Of a DNA stretch of 64,000 bases, positions 13,430-31,396 are shown in pieces; positions within the stretch are counted from its first letter, which is position 1; the number at the start of each line of letters is the position of its first letter. The stretch lies in NCBI RefSeq assembly GCF_009914755.1, contig NC_060937.1. One strand, written 5' to 3'. Both the position numbers and the translations under genes were made by a program. The notes beneath the pieces were generated by a model, which did not search any database, had not been told where the DNA came from, and worked only from the letters and a program-made list of their open reading frames with translations. This DNA comes from the human T2T-CHM13v2.0 reference genome, Homo sapiens.

Positions 13430-13848
13430 ATTTGTGTGCAAATGCTGCTGGTGCCCCACCATATCTCTGTGCCCAACTGCTTCAGTGAATGAAGCCTGTC
13501 CTCTATCCAGCATTCGATTGTCTCTGACCAAGCAATATCTCTAGCCCACTTTGCCTGTAACTGAGGCCAGCTGAAAATACCTCATCGCATGACTACGAGA
13601 CAGGGATGTTATTTGGAGCCCTGTATTTTTTTCCTGTTCCTACGGTTCCCACACTTCCCCTGGGCAGGTAAACTACAGTCATCCACCATCATAGCTGTCC
13701 TGATAACCCACCCTTTCTTGGATTCTTTTCTATATTGTCTCATGTCCCTCTCTCTCTACCAATGTTACCTTCACTCTTCCCCTAATTACTTACCAGGCTT
13801 CCAAACCTCGCCTCAGGATCTCCTTGAGAAGGAACTAAAACAAAAGTA
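13430..13848 (+). mobile_element. LTR16/LTR33-type ERVL LTR remnant
   Basis: 3' end CCAAACCTCGCCTCAGGATCTCCTTGAGAAGGAACTAAAACAAAAG resembles the LTR16 terminus. Confidence 0.55.
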
Positions 13849-14719
13849 ATCATTAAATATTTTTAAACCAAAGGTTACTGATAAACGTTTAGTGCTAACA
13901 TCCCATTCTACAATTGAAGAAGTCTTTAATCTTTCCTATTAGCTGTCTATTCTCTATGATCTTTTAATGGCTCATTCTTCTCGTCCATTTTTTTCTTAGG
14001 TTCTACTTTTGTCTCTCTGCCTTTCTGTATAAGAAACATTTGAGAATGCCTGTACCATTTCAGTCGTGAAACCAATACTCAATAGTATTTTCAACCAGCA
14101 ATCTTTTTTTTTTTACATTTCTTAAATTGAGTGTTTTCCTTGAAAGAATGGTTCTTGGTATTTATACAGTTTTCAATTCTTGGGAGGGGAAAGATAGACA
14201 ATAGGAGTTAACTACATTGATAAAAGAAGCATCTCGTTTTGTCAACATTTACGGATCAGTAAATGTACAGAGAGGTGAATTATATTTTGATGACCATAGT
14301 GTCTGTTTGTCATCAGACGAGTATTAGTTCTTGTTTGCTCATATAGCTCTAAGTTATGTTAACTGTAATGTGCTATTTGTAAATATTACAGACTACAAGG
14401 ATCACAAGAATAATTTCAGTTTAAATTTTGAGAAAAAGTAACGAAGGTTTTGGTAATATTATATGACAGTATTCCGTGCATTTTTATGTGACCATTAACC
14501 TTCCACACAGGTGTGATTTCTTTTGCAGTTGATTTACAGATTATCTCTATTTATTTGGGTTGCTTTCCTATTTTAAGATCAGACAATGGCATAAAAACAT
14601 CTGTTACTTATGCAAGTAAATATTATAACCTGATTTCAACTCTACCTTTTAAATTTTATCTTGGGAAAAGGCAGATAATTATTTTGTAGAAATTGTCTAT
14701 CCATGTGAATGACTTTATG

Positions 14720-15455
14720 CATTGCATTCTTACATTGTTTTCTGAATATTATGATGTTTTCACATCTGAAAAAGCCTTTCTGGAAGACATTCTTTCCAGG
14801 GCTAGCCAATTCTTAGACATAACAAGGTCCAGCCAAGAGCATGTCTTTGATATGCAAATAATTCATGAAGAGCCATACCTTCTCTATCTGACCTGCACAC
14901 CTCAGGAGGCAATATTCTTTTACCTCAATCATTATAGGAACAGGTGCTAGGCAACTAGGAACCACCCCTAGCAGGTGTGTCCAATCTTTTGGCCTCCCTG
15001 GGCCACATTGGAAGAATTGTCTTGGGCCACGTATAAAATACACTAACACCATAGCTGATGAGCTAAAAAAAATTGCATAAAACCCTCCATGTTTTAAGAA
15101 AGTTTATAAATTTGTGTTGGGCTGCCATCAGAGCCTTCCTGGGCTGCATGTGCCTCACGGGAAATGGGTTGGACGAACTTGGTAAAGCACAACAGAATTA
15201 TGCAATCTAGCCATTCATAAGATGTTCACCTTGGCCCACCTTGCGTTTCCCACAAAAACCCCAATAAAAGCAGTGGCCAGACCTTTCCCCTGGCTCTTTT
15301 CTTCTGCTTTATTAATGCCCTGGTGCCTTTACCAGGTAGTCTTCTTGGCGTGCTGTGCCTCTGTCTCTAGGACTTGTCAGTGTGTTAAACTTTATGCTCC
15401 TGAGTCTCGTCTCTGCCTCCTTTTGTGGGCACACTTGACTGAATGTATCATAAGA
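14720..15455 (+). mobile_element. MER74/MER73/MER54-family ERVL LTR, interrupted by MER30
   Basis: CCAGGGCTAGCCAATTCTTAGA..GATATGCAAA; AATAAA near 15263. Confidence 0.6.
14972..15181 (+). mobile_element. MER30 (hAT-Charlie)
   Basis: CAGGTGTGTCCAATCTTTTGGCCTCCCTGGGCCACATTGGAAGA..GGGTTGGACGAACTTG. Confidence 0.9.
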
Positions 15456-15691
15456 AAAAATATGAAACACCTTCCTATCTCAGAGGAGCTTGCCTCATAC
15501 CACAGAAAGAGCAAAACAAGCACCATGTGAATTAGGGATGCTGGTGCAGGAACATCGCCTCCATTGATTATTAAGTAAACATTTTGATCTCACAGTTTCT
15601 TCACATATAGAATGAGCCCCCAAAGCCTACTCCAGTACATTTTAAAGGTTTAAATAAATTAAGTAAGTTAAATAAAAATAAGTAAAATTAA

Positions 15692-15810
15692 GGATCAGGT
15701 ACAGTAGCTCCCACCTGTAATCCCTGCACTGTGGGAGGCTGAAACCAGAGGATTGCTGAGGGTAGGAGTTCAAGACCAGCCTGGGCAAAAAAACGAGACC
15801 CCCATTTCTT
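15692..15810 (+). mobile_element. FLAM / Alu left monomer
   Basis: CACCTGTAATCCC..GGAGTTCAAGACCAGCCTGGGCAA with no right arm. Confidence 0.8.
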
Positions 15811-15999
15811 AGTAAAGACTTTTTTAAGTAAGTAAGATTAAATAAAAATACTGGTATAGTGGCTGGCAAATATTAGACTTCCAATACATTTGAATTCCTT
15901 TAATTCCTGTTTTTATACCTTATCCAAAAGTTTTGTAAGCAGAAAACAGCTTAGTAGCTATTCTATGTTTTACATGATGATAAATGTTTAAGATTATCA

Positions 16000-17350
<1,351 letters not shown>

Positions 17351-18598
17351 ATTCATTTTCATGGAAGTGTTCAAATATAAAGATGTTAACTGACCCGTAT
17401 TGTCCCAGTTTGCATCTAAATAAAAATAAATATATTTGAGAAACAAAAGATTTCTAAATATCTTGTGAAAATAAATTAATAGATGGCTTTGGTTTTGAAG
17501 AGTTAATTCTTCTATAATCAGGAGAAATAAGAAATCATTTATAGAAGACTGGAAGATGAATTCTAAAACAAAGTAATAGAGGCATTAAAAACAACCTTAG
17601 AGAAGCTCAGGTTTAGAATTTTCCAAATTTCAGCGGGGAAATAAGGACACAGTGGGTTAAGTATCTCATTCATCTTGTTCAATCTTTGATAATTAGAGAA
17701 CGGACTACAGTTCAAGTGTTTTCAGATTTATATCACTGTTTTGTTGTTCCTATTGCTGTTGTGGTGGGAATGGTTTTCATTTTGTTCACCCCACACCTGT
17801 TTCCAGGTTAATTGGAATTAAACAGCTTGGGAAAATTTAACTTTTTAAATAGTTTTAAAATTTGGATTCAGAGATACAAATCAGAATGCATCAACATAGA
17901 ATAAACTGTCCTTTACTGTGATACTTCAAATCCCTCAAGCTTTAAGTAACCAAACTGTTCGCGTGTGAAAATATATAATTATTTAAGTGAAAATTGATTT
18001 GGTAACACCTGTGTGAGACTTTTTCTTTTTTTTGCGTAATGTAGGAGTCGATGACTGTCTTTAAAAATGTAAGTCATGTTATTCAGCTCCAGGATAAATG
18101 TTTTAAACAACTCTAGGGAAATATTGAGCGATAGTGTGTATTAAATTTATTACTAGAACTCTTACGTTGAATGCTACATGAGATGATTTAGTGTATCCTT
18201 TAGTAAGAATGTATCAGTGAAGAGAAAGCATAAATGAGTTTACAGCCTGTGACAGCTTGCAGAAACTCAAGCAGTGTACACATTACTTTAGTCAATCTTA
18301 AACACTGGCAAAGGCTTTTAAATTAACTCTTATAATTGGTCCAACCAAATAAATAATAGCTAGATGAATAAAGCTGGTTTTTACATTGTAGTCATATATG
18401 CTATATGACTAAATTAACTATCAATTTCAGTAAAAAATGGATGATAGTTAGAAAATATGGTGATGGTGCCATGATCCCTTGATTCCAAAACTGTGAGGCT
18501 GTGTAGTCACATGTTCTGGAGTCCCTTGAATGGGTCTGGAGGGAGGGCCTAGGAGGGCAACAAATCCCACCAGTGGTTTGGTCTCAGTGGATGGCTGA

Positions 18599-19462
<864 letters not shown>

Positions 19463-19466
19463 TTAC

Positions 19467-19822
19467 TGATATGGTTTGGCTGTGTCCCCACCCAAATCTC
19501 ACCTTGAATTGCAATAATTCCCATGTGTCAAGGGCCCGGTTAGGTGGAGATAATTGAGTCATGGGGGTGATTTTCCCCATACTGTTCTTGTGGTAATGAA
19601 TAAGTCTCATGAGACCTGATGGTTTTATAAAGGGGAGTTCCCCTGTACACATTCTCTTGCCTGCCACCAGGTAAGAAATGCCTTTGCTTCTCCTTTGCCT
19701 TCTGCAATGACTGTGAGGCCTCCCCAGCCATGTGGAACTCTGAGTCCATTAAACCTTTTTCCTTTATAAATTACCCAGCCTCAGGTATCTCTTTATTAGC
19801 AGCATGAGAACAGACTAATACA
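19467..19822 (+). mobile_element. THE1B solo LTR (ERVL-MaLR)
   Basis: TGATATGGTTTGGCTGTGTCCCCACCCAAATCTC..GACTAATACA; 5-bp TSD ATTAC (19462-19466 / 19823-19827). Confidence 0.92.
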
Positions 19823-20559
19823 ATTACCATGGTATTGACTGCTATTCAAAGCCAATCATTTATTGTTTATTACCATATGGTTAAGAAATAGATAATTTTT
19901 TCAAGTACTGAAAACATACTAATTTTCTTAAAATTAATATACAAACTTCAGTGATCAGGAAACAATTATTTTAGTTCCCTAAAATTGCAAAAATATTTCT
20001 ATCTAATTATTACAAGTGTTTGGTTTTACCTTCCTAAAACATTTTTTTTTTCTATTTTGACTGAGATTGGAGTGATTGTTTGAAATTTTTAGGCTAAAGG
20101 GAAAAAAGAGCATCAGTATACAGTATATTCAAATGCAGGCCACTACTCTGTGGTATACTCTGATAATGAAGACAGACGAGTTAAGTTGCTAAATATTGTA
20201 AAGTAGAACAAAGAAGATTAGAAACCATTTGGTGATAAGGAATATTCTCTATTACTTAGGAAACATAAAAAAATAGATTTCCAAATATCTTTAATTTGTG
20301 TGTATGAATGTGTATGATTCTGTATAGAAGAATATGAAAATGTTAAATATTAAAAGTGTACCTACCAAAATAGGTATTTTCTTATATTCTATTAAATTAA
20401 GAGATTTATACTTTTGATATATTAGAGATACACAGTCCCAGAATAAGCTGGTTGTATCAGTTGAAGCCTCCATGGCAGCTTTTGCACCTCGTTGAGAGAG
20501 TGAGGGAGAAGCTTCTAGACAATAGTGGCGGTAGTCGAGTACTGATGGGATCTCTTCTC

Positions 20560-21115
20560 GCAGCAACCAAGACATGGGATCAAACTCAGTGTCCATCAAT
20601 GGACAAATAGAAAAAGAAAACGTGTTATGCAATAATATTCAGCCTGAAAAAAAGAAAATCCTGTCATTTGTGACAACACAGATGAACCTGGGGGAAGTGA
20701 TGCTAAGTGAAATGCAAGAGACACAGAAAGACAAATCCTGCATGATTATACTTATATGTGGAATCTAACAAAGTTGAACTCATAGAAATCCAGAGTAAAG
20801 TGGTGGTTACCAGGACCTAGAAGAGGAGGGGGGTTGAAGAGATGTTGGTCAAAGGTTACAAAATTTCAGTTACTTTGGAGAAATAAATACAAGAGTTCTA
20901 TTATATACCATGGTGGCTATAGTTAATAAGAATGTATTGTATCTTAAAAAAATCACTGAGTAGATTTTAAGTTTTCTCACCACACACACAAAATATGTAA
21001 TGCATATATTAGCATATGTTAATTAGCTCAATTTAGCCATTCCACAATGTATACATATTCCAAAACATCATGTTATATGTGATAAATATATATATATTTT
21101 GTTCATTTTAAAAAA
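20560..21115 (+). mobile_element. L1MA 3' end
   Basis: GAAAATCCTGTCATTTGTGACAACACAGATGAACCTGG..GATGTTGGTCAAAGG..TTTAGCCATTCCACAATGTATACATA. Confidence 0.85.
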
Positions 21116-21129
21116 TGAGAATAACAAAA

Positions 21130-22150
21130 CCCCACTAAAACCCCAAACAGATTATAACCACTAAAAGAAATCATGATAGATGAGCTTGGGGACAAACCAC
21201 TAATGCACACTACCAGAGTGGTATCAACGTTCCTTCAGGAGGAAAGAGAAAGAGACAATTTGACATGTGACAAACATGAGACCTGGATCACTCCCAGATT
21301 ACAACCCGGCCTCCATTGGAGGTGGGCAGGCCAGTTATACATCGTTTCCCGTCATACTCTAAATTGTGTATAATTACCGTGAATCCATGGTTTAAGATGA
21401 GCCAGCTGGGGGAATCTGAAGTCTATAAAACCTCCAAAATGCCTTCCACGAGAAAGCCCAACACTGAGGAGAGACCACTTGAAAAAGACTCTAAATTTAT
21501 CAGAACCAAAGTAATAGGGTCAAAGGAAAGAGACAGTCATGTTTAAAATGAGCAAAGGAAAATGCAAGACAATTTCAAATGGTAAGTGACCCTATCTTAA
21601 AGAATTGCTGAAAATTATAGGAGAGACTGTGAGAGCTGTGAACTTCAAAAACTTTCCTGAACCACCACATCTTCTTAAAATTTTGTGAAACTAATTTCAT
21701 GTGAAAACAACAAGAAAACTCTCAATGAAATTCTATACTATGTCTTTATAGAAAGAAGAAAGAAACCTCCAATAAGATATGCCACAAAAGAAATAGAAAT
21801 GTCAGTGGAATGTTTCAAAACAAGCTAAAATAAATTAAGAAAAGGATGAAATATATAAAACCTGCATATATCTAAGTTAAAATAAAAAGAAATGAGGTGA
21901 TAGTACACCAAAAACAATTTGATTTGAAATAAATGAATACAATTATTTTAAAAATGAAGACTAATGAAGGCATGCAGACAATGCCTTCAGAGAAATAAGT
22001 AAAGGAAGAAAAATTTTAAAATCATAGAAAAATGAGAGAGAGCAAACAGATTAAAGAAAAAGTACGTTGTATAGAAGAATATGTTTAAGGAATGTCGAAT
22101 CAATCTATAATAGGTTACCTCATTTATAAAAGCCAAAGCAATAAATAAAA
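21130..22150 (+). mobile_element. Ancient L1 5'/ORF1-like or HAL1 remnant
   Basis: A-rich, strand-biased sequence with ORF1-like pieces; family not resolved by eye. Confidence 0.35.
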
Positions 22151-22235
22151 AAAGTAAAATTGTAAAGTTCCTTAGAAGTATATTCTATATGTAAGATATG
22201 AAGATGTATCTATGTATATATATGTATAAATATGT

Positions 22236-22368
22236 TTTTTTTAAAAATAGAGACAAGGTCCCACTCTGTTGCCCAGGCTAGTCTCAGACTCCTCCTGGGA
22301 TCAAGTGATCCTCCTGTCTCGGCCTCCCAAAGTGCTGGGATTAGAAGTGTGAGCCACCCCTCCCAGCC
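22236..22368 (-). mobile_element. FLAM_C / Alu monomer
   Basis: Antisense left monomer; TSD TAAATATGT (22227-22235 / 22369-22377). Confidence 0.88.
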
Positions 22369-22834
22369 TAAATATGTCTCCCTTTAAAATACTTGTTTGT
22401 TGGCCTTGATATGTATGATTTTTGTTTCAAGAGGAACCTTTGAATCCTTCCTTTATTTCCCAATTCTCTTAACTCTTAACATTAAATTTGTTGCCCAATG
22501 ATGTTGTTTATTCTTTCACCAGGCTCCTGGCATACATCTCTCTTGAGTTCTATTTTAATACAAATAAACCTCTATTTGTCCAGCATACTCTAAGCTTTAG
22601 CCAAATCATTCATTTAGTAAACATATATTGAGCTTCCCTAAGTGTGTGTGAAACTGCAATAAAAAAGATACAGCACACCAGCCTTCATGTATCTCCCACC
22701 TAGTGAGGATGTGTTGTCATTTTTCATTTGCTCTGTAATTATCCGAACCTTTGCAAACACTGTGATTTCCTCCAGGGTGTCTGATACCCTGCTACGGCAG
22801 CTGAAGCTGCTTCCACTTGGAGCATTCTGCAGTA

Positions 22835-23030
22835 TGAGACAGAGTCCAGGTTTCAGAACACTTGGTCTATAACATTATCTCTGGCTCATACTAAATATAT
22901 AACTTAATCTTCCTAAGCCTCATTTCCTCTGCTGTAAGGAAGCCATAATAATATTTTCCTCTATGGGTTTACTGTGGGGATTAATAGGGCAACATATGAA
23001 AGTGCTTTGTAAACTTAAAGCACCATAGAG
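22835..23030 (+). mobile_element. MIR
   Basis: Core ACTTAATCTTCCTAAGCCTCATTTCCTC..TGTGGGGATTAA..GAAAGTGCTTTGTAAAC. Confidence 0.7.
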
Positions 23031-24469
23031 GTTTAAGTTTACACTACTGCTGAAAATTTCCACATCAAACTCAATGCGTCTAGTATGGAATTTTTTTAAT
23101 AGTCATTCAAAAAGCATTTAATGAGTGCCTGCTAGCTTCCAGGCTGGGTTTTAGTTGCTGCTTTTCCTTATAACCACTCCCTCTCAACTCTAATATTTCT
23201 CTCATGTGCTAAGGCCCATATTTTTGCCCTCATAGCTGTCATCTTTTTATTTGTACATTTTTAAAGACTCAATGTCACTTTAAATCATTTCTTCTTAATT
23301 ATCAGTATCCAGTATTCCTGGCTCGCTGACGTTTTCTTTGTGAAGTGTCTGACATCTCTTCTGCATTTCTTTTATTTCTGCATCGATTTAAGGAAACCAC
23401 AAAAGACACCTCTTAATGATTGTACAATTATGTTTAAAAATCACCCTATTGTTTTCAAAATGAAACAAACATGTTTTAACTATCCACTTTCACCAAATTT
23501 GCTAGTAGAGTGACTTGTTGCAAAATATATTTAAAAACTCAGCAATAGAACAAACATGGAAAGTACTTTTAATATCTAATATCTACAGCACAGCTAGAAG
23601 GGTAGGTATGCCAAGCTTTGGGCATGTGTATGAGTAACAATATGCTCATAGATCAAACTAAACATAGATATAGAGAATTTTGCATAATGACCCAAAATAG
23701 AATCCCTGTTGTTCAGCGTGGCTCCCTTTCATTATTGACCCAGAAGGTGAAAAGTAATTCACAGAAGGTAAAAGTCAGTAGACATGAGCTTTTGTCTACA
23801 CTGGGGCTGTCAAGAGGTACACGAAGGTGAAATAGTGCTTTGCTGTGGCGTGCAATTTAGATGAGATGCAAAAGCTGAGGGAGATGGGTGAGAAGGCCCT
23901 CTTTAAAATCAGAGGTAAGAAATAGCTTTTGGCAGGACTCAGTGCAAAAATATCAGGCCATTGACATGCATATACCCACAAACACAATTTAAACATGAAT
24001 AAATATCTGGAGACTGAAGGATAAAAGTAGTGCTAGAGATTCATAAGGATTTTATAGAATTAAAGACATGCTGTCCTCAAATCTACCTTTTTTTCCAAGA
24101 GAAGGAGTCTCAAGAGAACCTCTCTAAGATAGAATCCTGGTCAGGTGAGTCCCAGGGAATCTGCATTCTCTGTGAAAGTCACAGTCGGGAGATAATAAGG
24201 GTGTCAGGCTTAAAAAAACCTACCCCCCCCCCAAAAAAAAAAAAACAGAAAGAGCAGTATGAGCAGAAACAATCTACTGTTTCCTCTTTAACACAACAAG
24301 GATTCCTGAGTGCTCATGGACTCAAAAGTGAAAGATAACTCATCTCAAGCCACCTTGAAAACATGAGGTGGTCATAGCCAAGAGCATTGCCTTTGGGTGA
24401 AGTACACCTAGAAATATGTGTCTATGACTATATGAGCAAATAGCCATCACTCAGGGCCATCTATGTAAG

Positions 24470-25450
24470 ATACCAAAACTGGAAAAGAAGAAATCACAAA
24501 TGACATAGGACTGATAATGAGGAAAATATGATATAGAATCTATTAAAATAATTGTTTAAAATGCCATTGCTTAGTTCTATAAAACTAAGTTTGCAATCCT
24601 AAATGAATTCAATAATTTTCTAGGAAAATATAAACTAACCAGCCTTACTTCTACAATAAATAGAGAAAATTATAAAGAACTACATCCAAATAAGTACCAG
24701 GCATAGCAAATTTCAAAGCATATTCCACCAACTATTTAAGACATAAATAGTCTTAGTATATCAAATAAAATATCTAGGAATACATTTAACATGAAAAGTA
24801 AGATATTTGCATTAATAAAATGTAAAACATTACTTTTCCTCTACTGGAGAATTGAAACAGAAAAAAAAGACCTTTAATTCCTAAAACTGAAGCTAAGATT
24901 ATCCTGACATTTTAAAAAGCTCAAAAAGATAGGACAAAGAAAATCATAGACCAATCATTCTTTTGAACAGCAATGGAAAGAATTTCAAGTAGGAAACAGA
25001 ATCCAGATTCAACATGGTTTTGATGCCTCATAAGCAAGTAGGGTTTATAATAGTAATGCAAAGATGCTTTGGACTTAGAATATTTTATTGGCCATACTAA
25101 TAAATAAAACTTTAAAAAGATCTTCTCATTATATAGTCGACATGCAGTTTAAAATGTTATCACCGATTCTTTATATAAAGTCTTAAAAAATGGATAATTA
25201 CTTTTATAATGGGTAAAATTCTTATCTATTTAAGGAAAATATAAAAATTCCTATAACAACATTATCATAATATTATAAAGCATATAAGATCTTAGTGAAA
25301 ATATTCTCTTTAAATTAGGAATCGTAGAAAGAATATCTTTTTTCTTCATCTTAATCATTACCATCTTCTTATTACTACAATTAAGCATTCTTCAGGATGT
25401 ACAGACATACTTGAAACAAAAGAATAAAAGGCCTCATAAAAGAAACAAAT
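24470..25450 (+). mobile_element. Ancient L1M ORF2 fragment
   Basis: TTTTCTAGGAAAATATAAACTAACC, GAAAATCATAGACCAATC, GTAGGGTTTATAA..ATGCAAAGATG. Confidence 0.6.
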
Positions 25451-25454
25451 TTTT

Positions 25455-27920
<2,466 letters not shown>

Positions 27921-28392
27921 AGTCAGAAGGGAAGTATTTTGAAAAATTTATTATTTTAAGGTATTATATTTTTACCTGGAAAGATGATAAATAAGATACA
28001 AATTAATTTAGATTAAAATATACCTCATTTAATTGGCCAGCTACAAAGTTATATATCTTGTATGTAGATAAACAGTGAAATAGAATATATAATCAATATA
28101 ATTAAAGAATAAACACTGGTCGAGAATTTTTAAAACACTCCAGAAGGACACAGTCTTGCAATAAATCAAATATATTATGTTCTAGAAAATGAAATCTCAT
28201 ATTTTAAAACATCTCTTTTCCCTAAATCAATCTATATATTTTATGTAATTCCAATAAAAATGTCAATTAAAATCTGTTTAAAACATCAGTGGGATTATGA
28301 AGTCCTTCTGAAAAACAAATAATACTTCTAATAATGAAAGATAAGAAAAAATTTACCAAATATTATCATTAAAGAGTGTTAGTGACACATAA

Positions 28393-28399
28393 GTGTGTG

Positions 28400-28430
<31 letters not shown>

Positions 28431-28436
28431 GTTTGT
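28393..28436. repeat. (TG)n microsatellite
   Basis: TG run with two or three interruptions. Confidence 0.9.
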
Positions 28437-28899
28437 GAAGAGACAGGAAAGAGAAGGAGAAAGAGGTAAAAGGAAAAAAAAGTTTGAGAACTAACCAATA
28501 ATTCTGTAATACATTATGTAATTAGTATATGTAAGAGAGACATTTCAAGTCATAGAGAAAAGATCTCTTATTAAATAGCATGGCAACATTTGAATTAAAA
28601 AATACATTTTAATTTCTATTTTACAACTCTATTAAAAGAAATTCCAGAATTATTGAATAATGAAAGAAAAACATAACTAAAGTGCAATAAAATCAATGTA
28701 GCATATTTAATTTTAATTTACTTTGTCAGTGGGTAGGTCTTTTTCAACAACATACAAATTCCAGAAGGTATGGTACAAAGATGATTCATAAATTCAAACT
28801 AAATAATTTTTAAATGCAATAATTGTTTAAAAGCATGACAGTTGGGGACAATTGACCATTTAATGTCCAGTCTCTGAGGCCTACTGCATGCCTACTGGA

Positions 28900-29330
28900 G
28901 AAGAATTGTTCCTCGTGCACATGTGTCTTCTGGTTAAATCTGGATGACCTAATCCAGATGGGGTTCTGCTGGGTGGCTCTGTTGCAGCCTGCAGACCAGC
29001 TGGGCTTGGATTCTGGCTGTGGTCGGGCTGAGGTCTCTCCATAAATTTATTATGGTGACCAGGGTAGGAGGGCAGTGGCGATAGTGATTAGAAGAAACCT
29101 CTTCTAATTGTGGATCACAAAAGGCAAGTTTTTTAGAATAATCTTTTAAACAAATTTTAATTCTTCACTACTGTCACATCTACTAACTCATCTTTGGCCA
29201 AAGCAAGTCATGTTGACAAGGACAGAGTTAAAGGGCAAAGAAGTATACTCTCTCCTGATGAAGAGAGGGCAGAGTTTCCATGTGTAAGACTAACCAAGAC
29301 AACTGAAAAATGTGGACTAATTTCAGCTTT
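28900..29330 (-). mobile_element. Old MLT1 (J/K/L-like) MaLR LTR
   Basis: TTGGCCAAAGCAAGTCATGT..GAGTTAAAGGGCAAAGAAGTATACTC. Confidence 0.6.
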
Positions 29331-30959
29331 TGAAAGTGAGAGTGAATTTGCAATTCATATTACATTAAAAAGGGAATGTTCTATGTATATAGTTTCTACA
29401 GATCCATTGGAATTAAAGTGCAAAAGGAAAATTAGCAAAAGATATGACTAGACAGTTTTCAGAAGATAGTCTTTAATTATATGCAAATATGTTGTATTTC
29501 GCTCATAGTACGATAAATATAAAAATTTGGCAAAGATTTGCTAAATGAAAAACAAAATAGAGCTACCTTTTATTGTTATATGCGAGGCATTCTCATACAT
29601 TACTGATGGGCTGGTATGCTGGCATAGCTACAGAGGAAATTTACATAAACATTTACATATATAGTTTATCTACATCGCTTACATATGTATGTTTAAAATG
29701 CACATAATCTTAGACCTAGGAATTTTTTTCTTTATATATATTTATCCTACAAATATATTTTCACATTTGCTAAATAATTCTATACAAAGTCATTCATAGC
29801 TGTGGTTTATTTTAAACAGTAGAAGATTAGAAACATCTAAATTATTTTCCACTTCTGACTAGTGATTTAAACCATGATGTATCTACACAACTATATTCCG
29901 TCTTTAGAAAAAAAAGTGGCCTGCTTTGTGTGTACTGAGATAGAATGATCTTCATTGCATATTGGGAGTGTGGAAAGCAAGATGAGAATTGAGTTTATAG
30001 TAGCCTCATATTTTTGTAGGAAAACAAAGCAACAGAGAATAACTTTTGGTTGGTTGAAAAGTGGGTAAATTTGTAGAATATGCCTGAAGAATAAATAAGA
30101 AATGAATAAAAATGCTGTCTCAGGAAAGGGAAACTTGGAAGCAATTAGCAGCTCTCACTGAGGTGAAAGCTGAGAAAATGTTATTCCCATCAGGAACCAT
30201 CTGAAGAACCTGGATTCTGTTTTTAAGCATTTGAGGAAAATGTGTCAGTGTGTGTATACCTAAAATTTTGACTGTGGACCTTGTGGTAGTTTTCTGTTTC
30301 TGATCCGATTTAACCTGATAGTGCTGACATGCTTTTCATACATTTTATGATATATGCATCTGAGAAAAATAGTAGACATTTTTGTATGTAGATTCCCACT
30401 GACCATTCTTTCATTTTTTAAAAATTACCCAGAACTATTCCACTGATGATTTTAATAATGATGACAATTCTGATTATAATAATCTTCTTGTTATCTTTCT
30501 GCCTTAGAAAATTATCTGCTCCAAAATTTTATAATACTCTAATTACTTCATTATAAATGTTATCTTCTAAAGATGTCAGACATAGCAATTGAAAGGAAAC
30601 TTTAACAAGAATAATTATTTTCTTGTCGAGGAATTTCTCCCACTTCAGATCTGTTGACCAATTTTCTTGAAAAAAGATGGATATAATGAACTAAACTATC
30701 CGGTATTTTAAAACTATAGTTTTCTCTTGATATGCTAAAACATAAAATACATTTCACTCAAGCCCTTGTTCCCTCTTAAGATGTTACATTTCTTTTAACA
30801 GGACTTTGTCGTTACAGTCTGATACTGGCTTATTTATTTGGGCTTCTATTTTATACGATCTAAGTGAAGTTAAAGGAACTTGGTCCAGTTACTTCTGTAG
30901 TCTGTTATAGAAAATCTTAAAGAATAATAAAATAATTTAGAAAGAAATAATGATGACTG

Positions 30960-31160
30960 AGTGGTCTAAATTCTTCTGTGGATTAAGTGATAAATCAACA
31001 ACTTTGTGACCTTGAGGAATGTATTGAAGTTTTTATGCCTCAGTTTCCTCACTTATAAAATGTAAATAATAATGACTTCTTAGACTTGTGAGACACAGAT
31101 AAAATATATTAGAACAATGCCTGAGGAGAAAATAATTAGTAGCTAATATCGTTATTTTTA
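30960..31160 (+). mobile_element. MIR
   Basis: TGTGACCTTGAG..TGCCTCAGTTTCCTCACTTATAAAATG..TTAGAACAATGCCTG. Confidence 0.75.
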
Positions 31161-31331
31161 TCAAAATTGTTCTTAAATGTTACTATGACACTTTTAATTT
31201 CTTCTGCCATGTCTTGTATTTATCTCAAAAGAAATGTTTGTAAATTTAAATAATTCATTACAACCAGTGTTAGGCTTAATAATAAACTGAAGAATGAACT
31301 CTGCTTTTATAACATTTAGGACTTCTTATTT

Positions 31332-31396
31332 GGATGGATGGATAGATAGATGATAGGTAGGTAGAGAGATAGACAGATAGATACATACATACATAC
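31332..31396. repeat. (GGAT)/(GATA)/(TACA) compound microsatellite
   Basis: Read directly from the sequence. Confidence 0.8.

Larger units (their letters stand above)
27940..30130 (+). mobile_element. Ancient L1ME ORF2/3' remnants, interrupted
   Basis: TTATGTAATTCCAATAAAAAT, CATTCTCATACATTACTGATGGG, AGAAGATTAGAAACATCTAAA. Confidence 0.5.
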
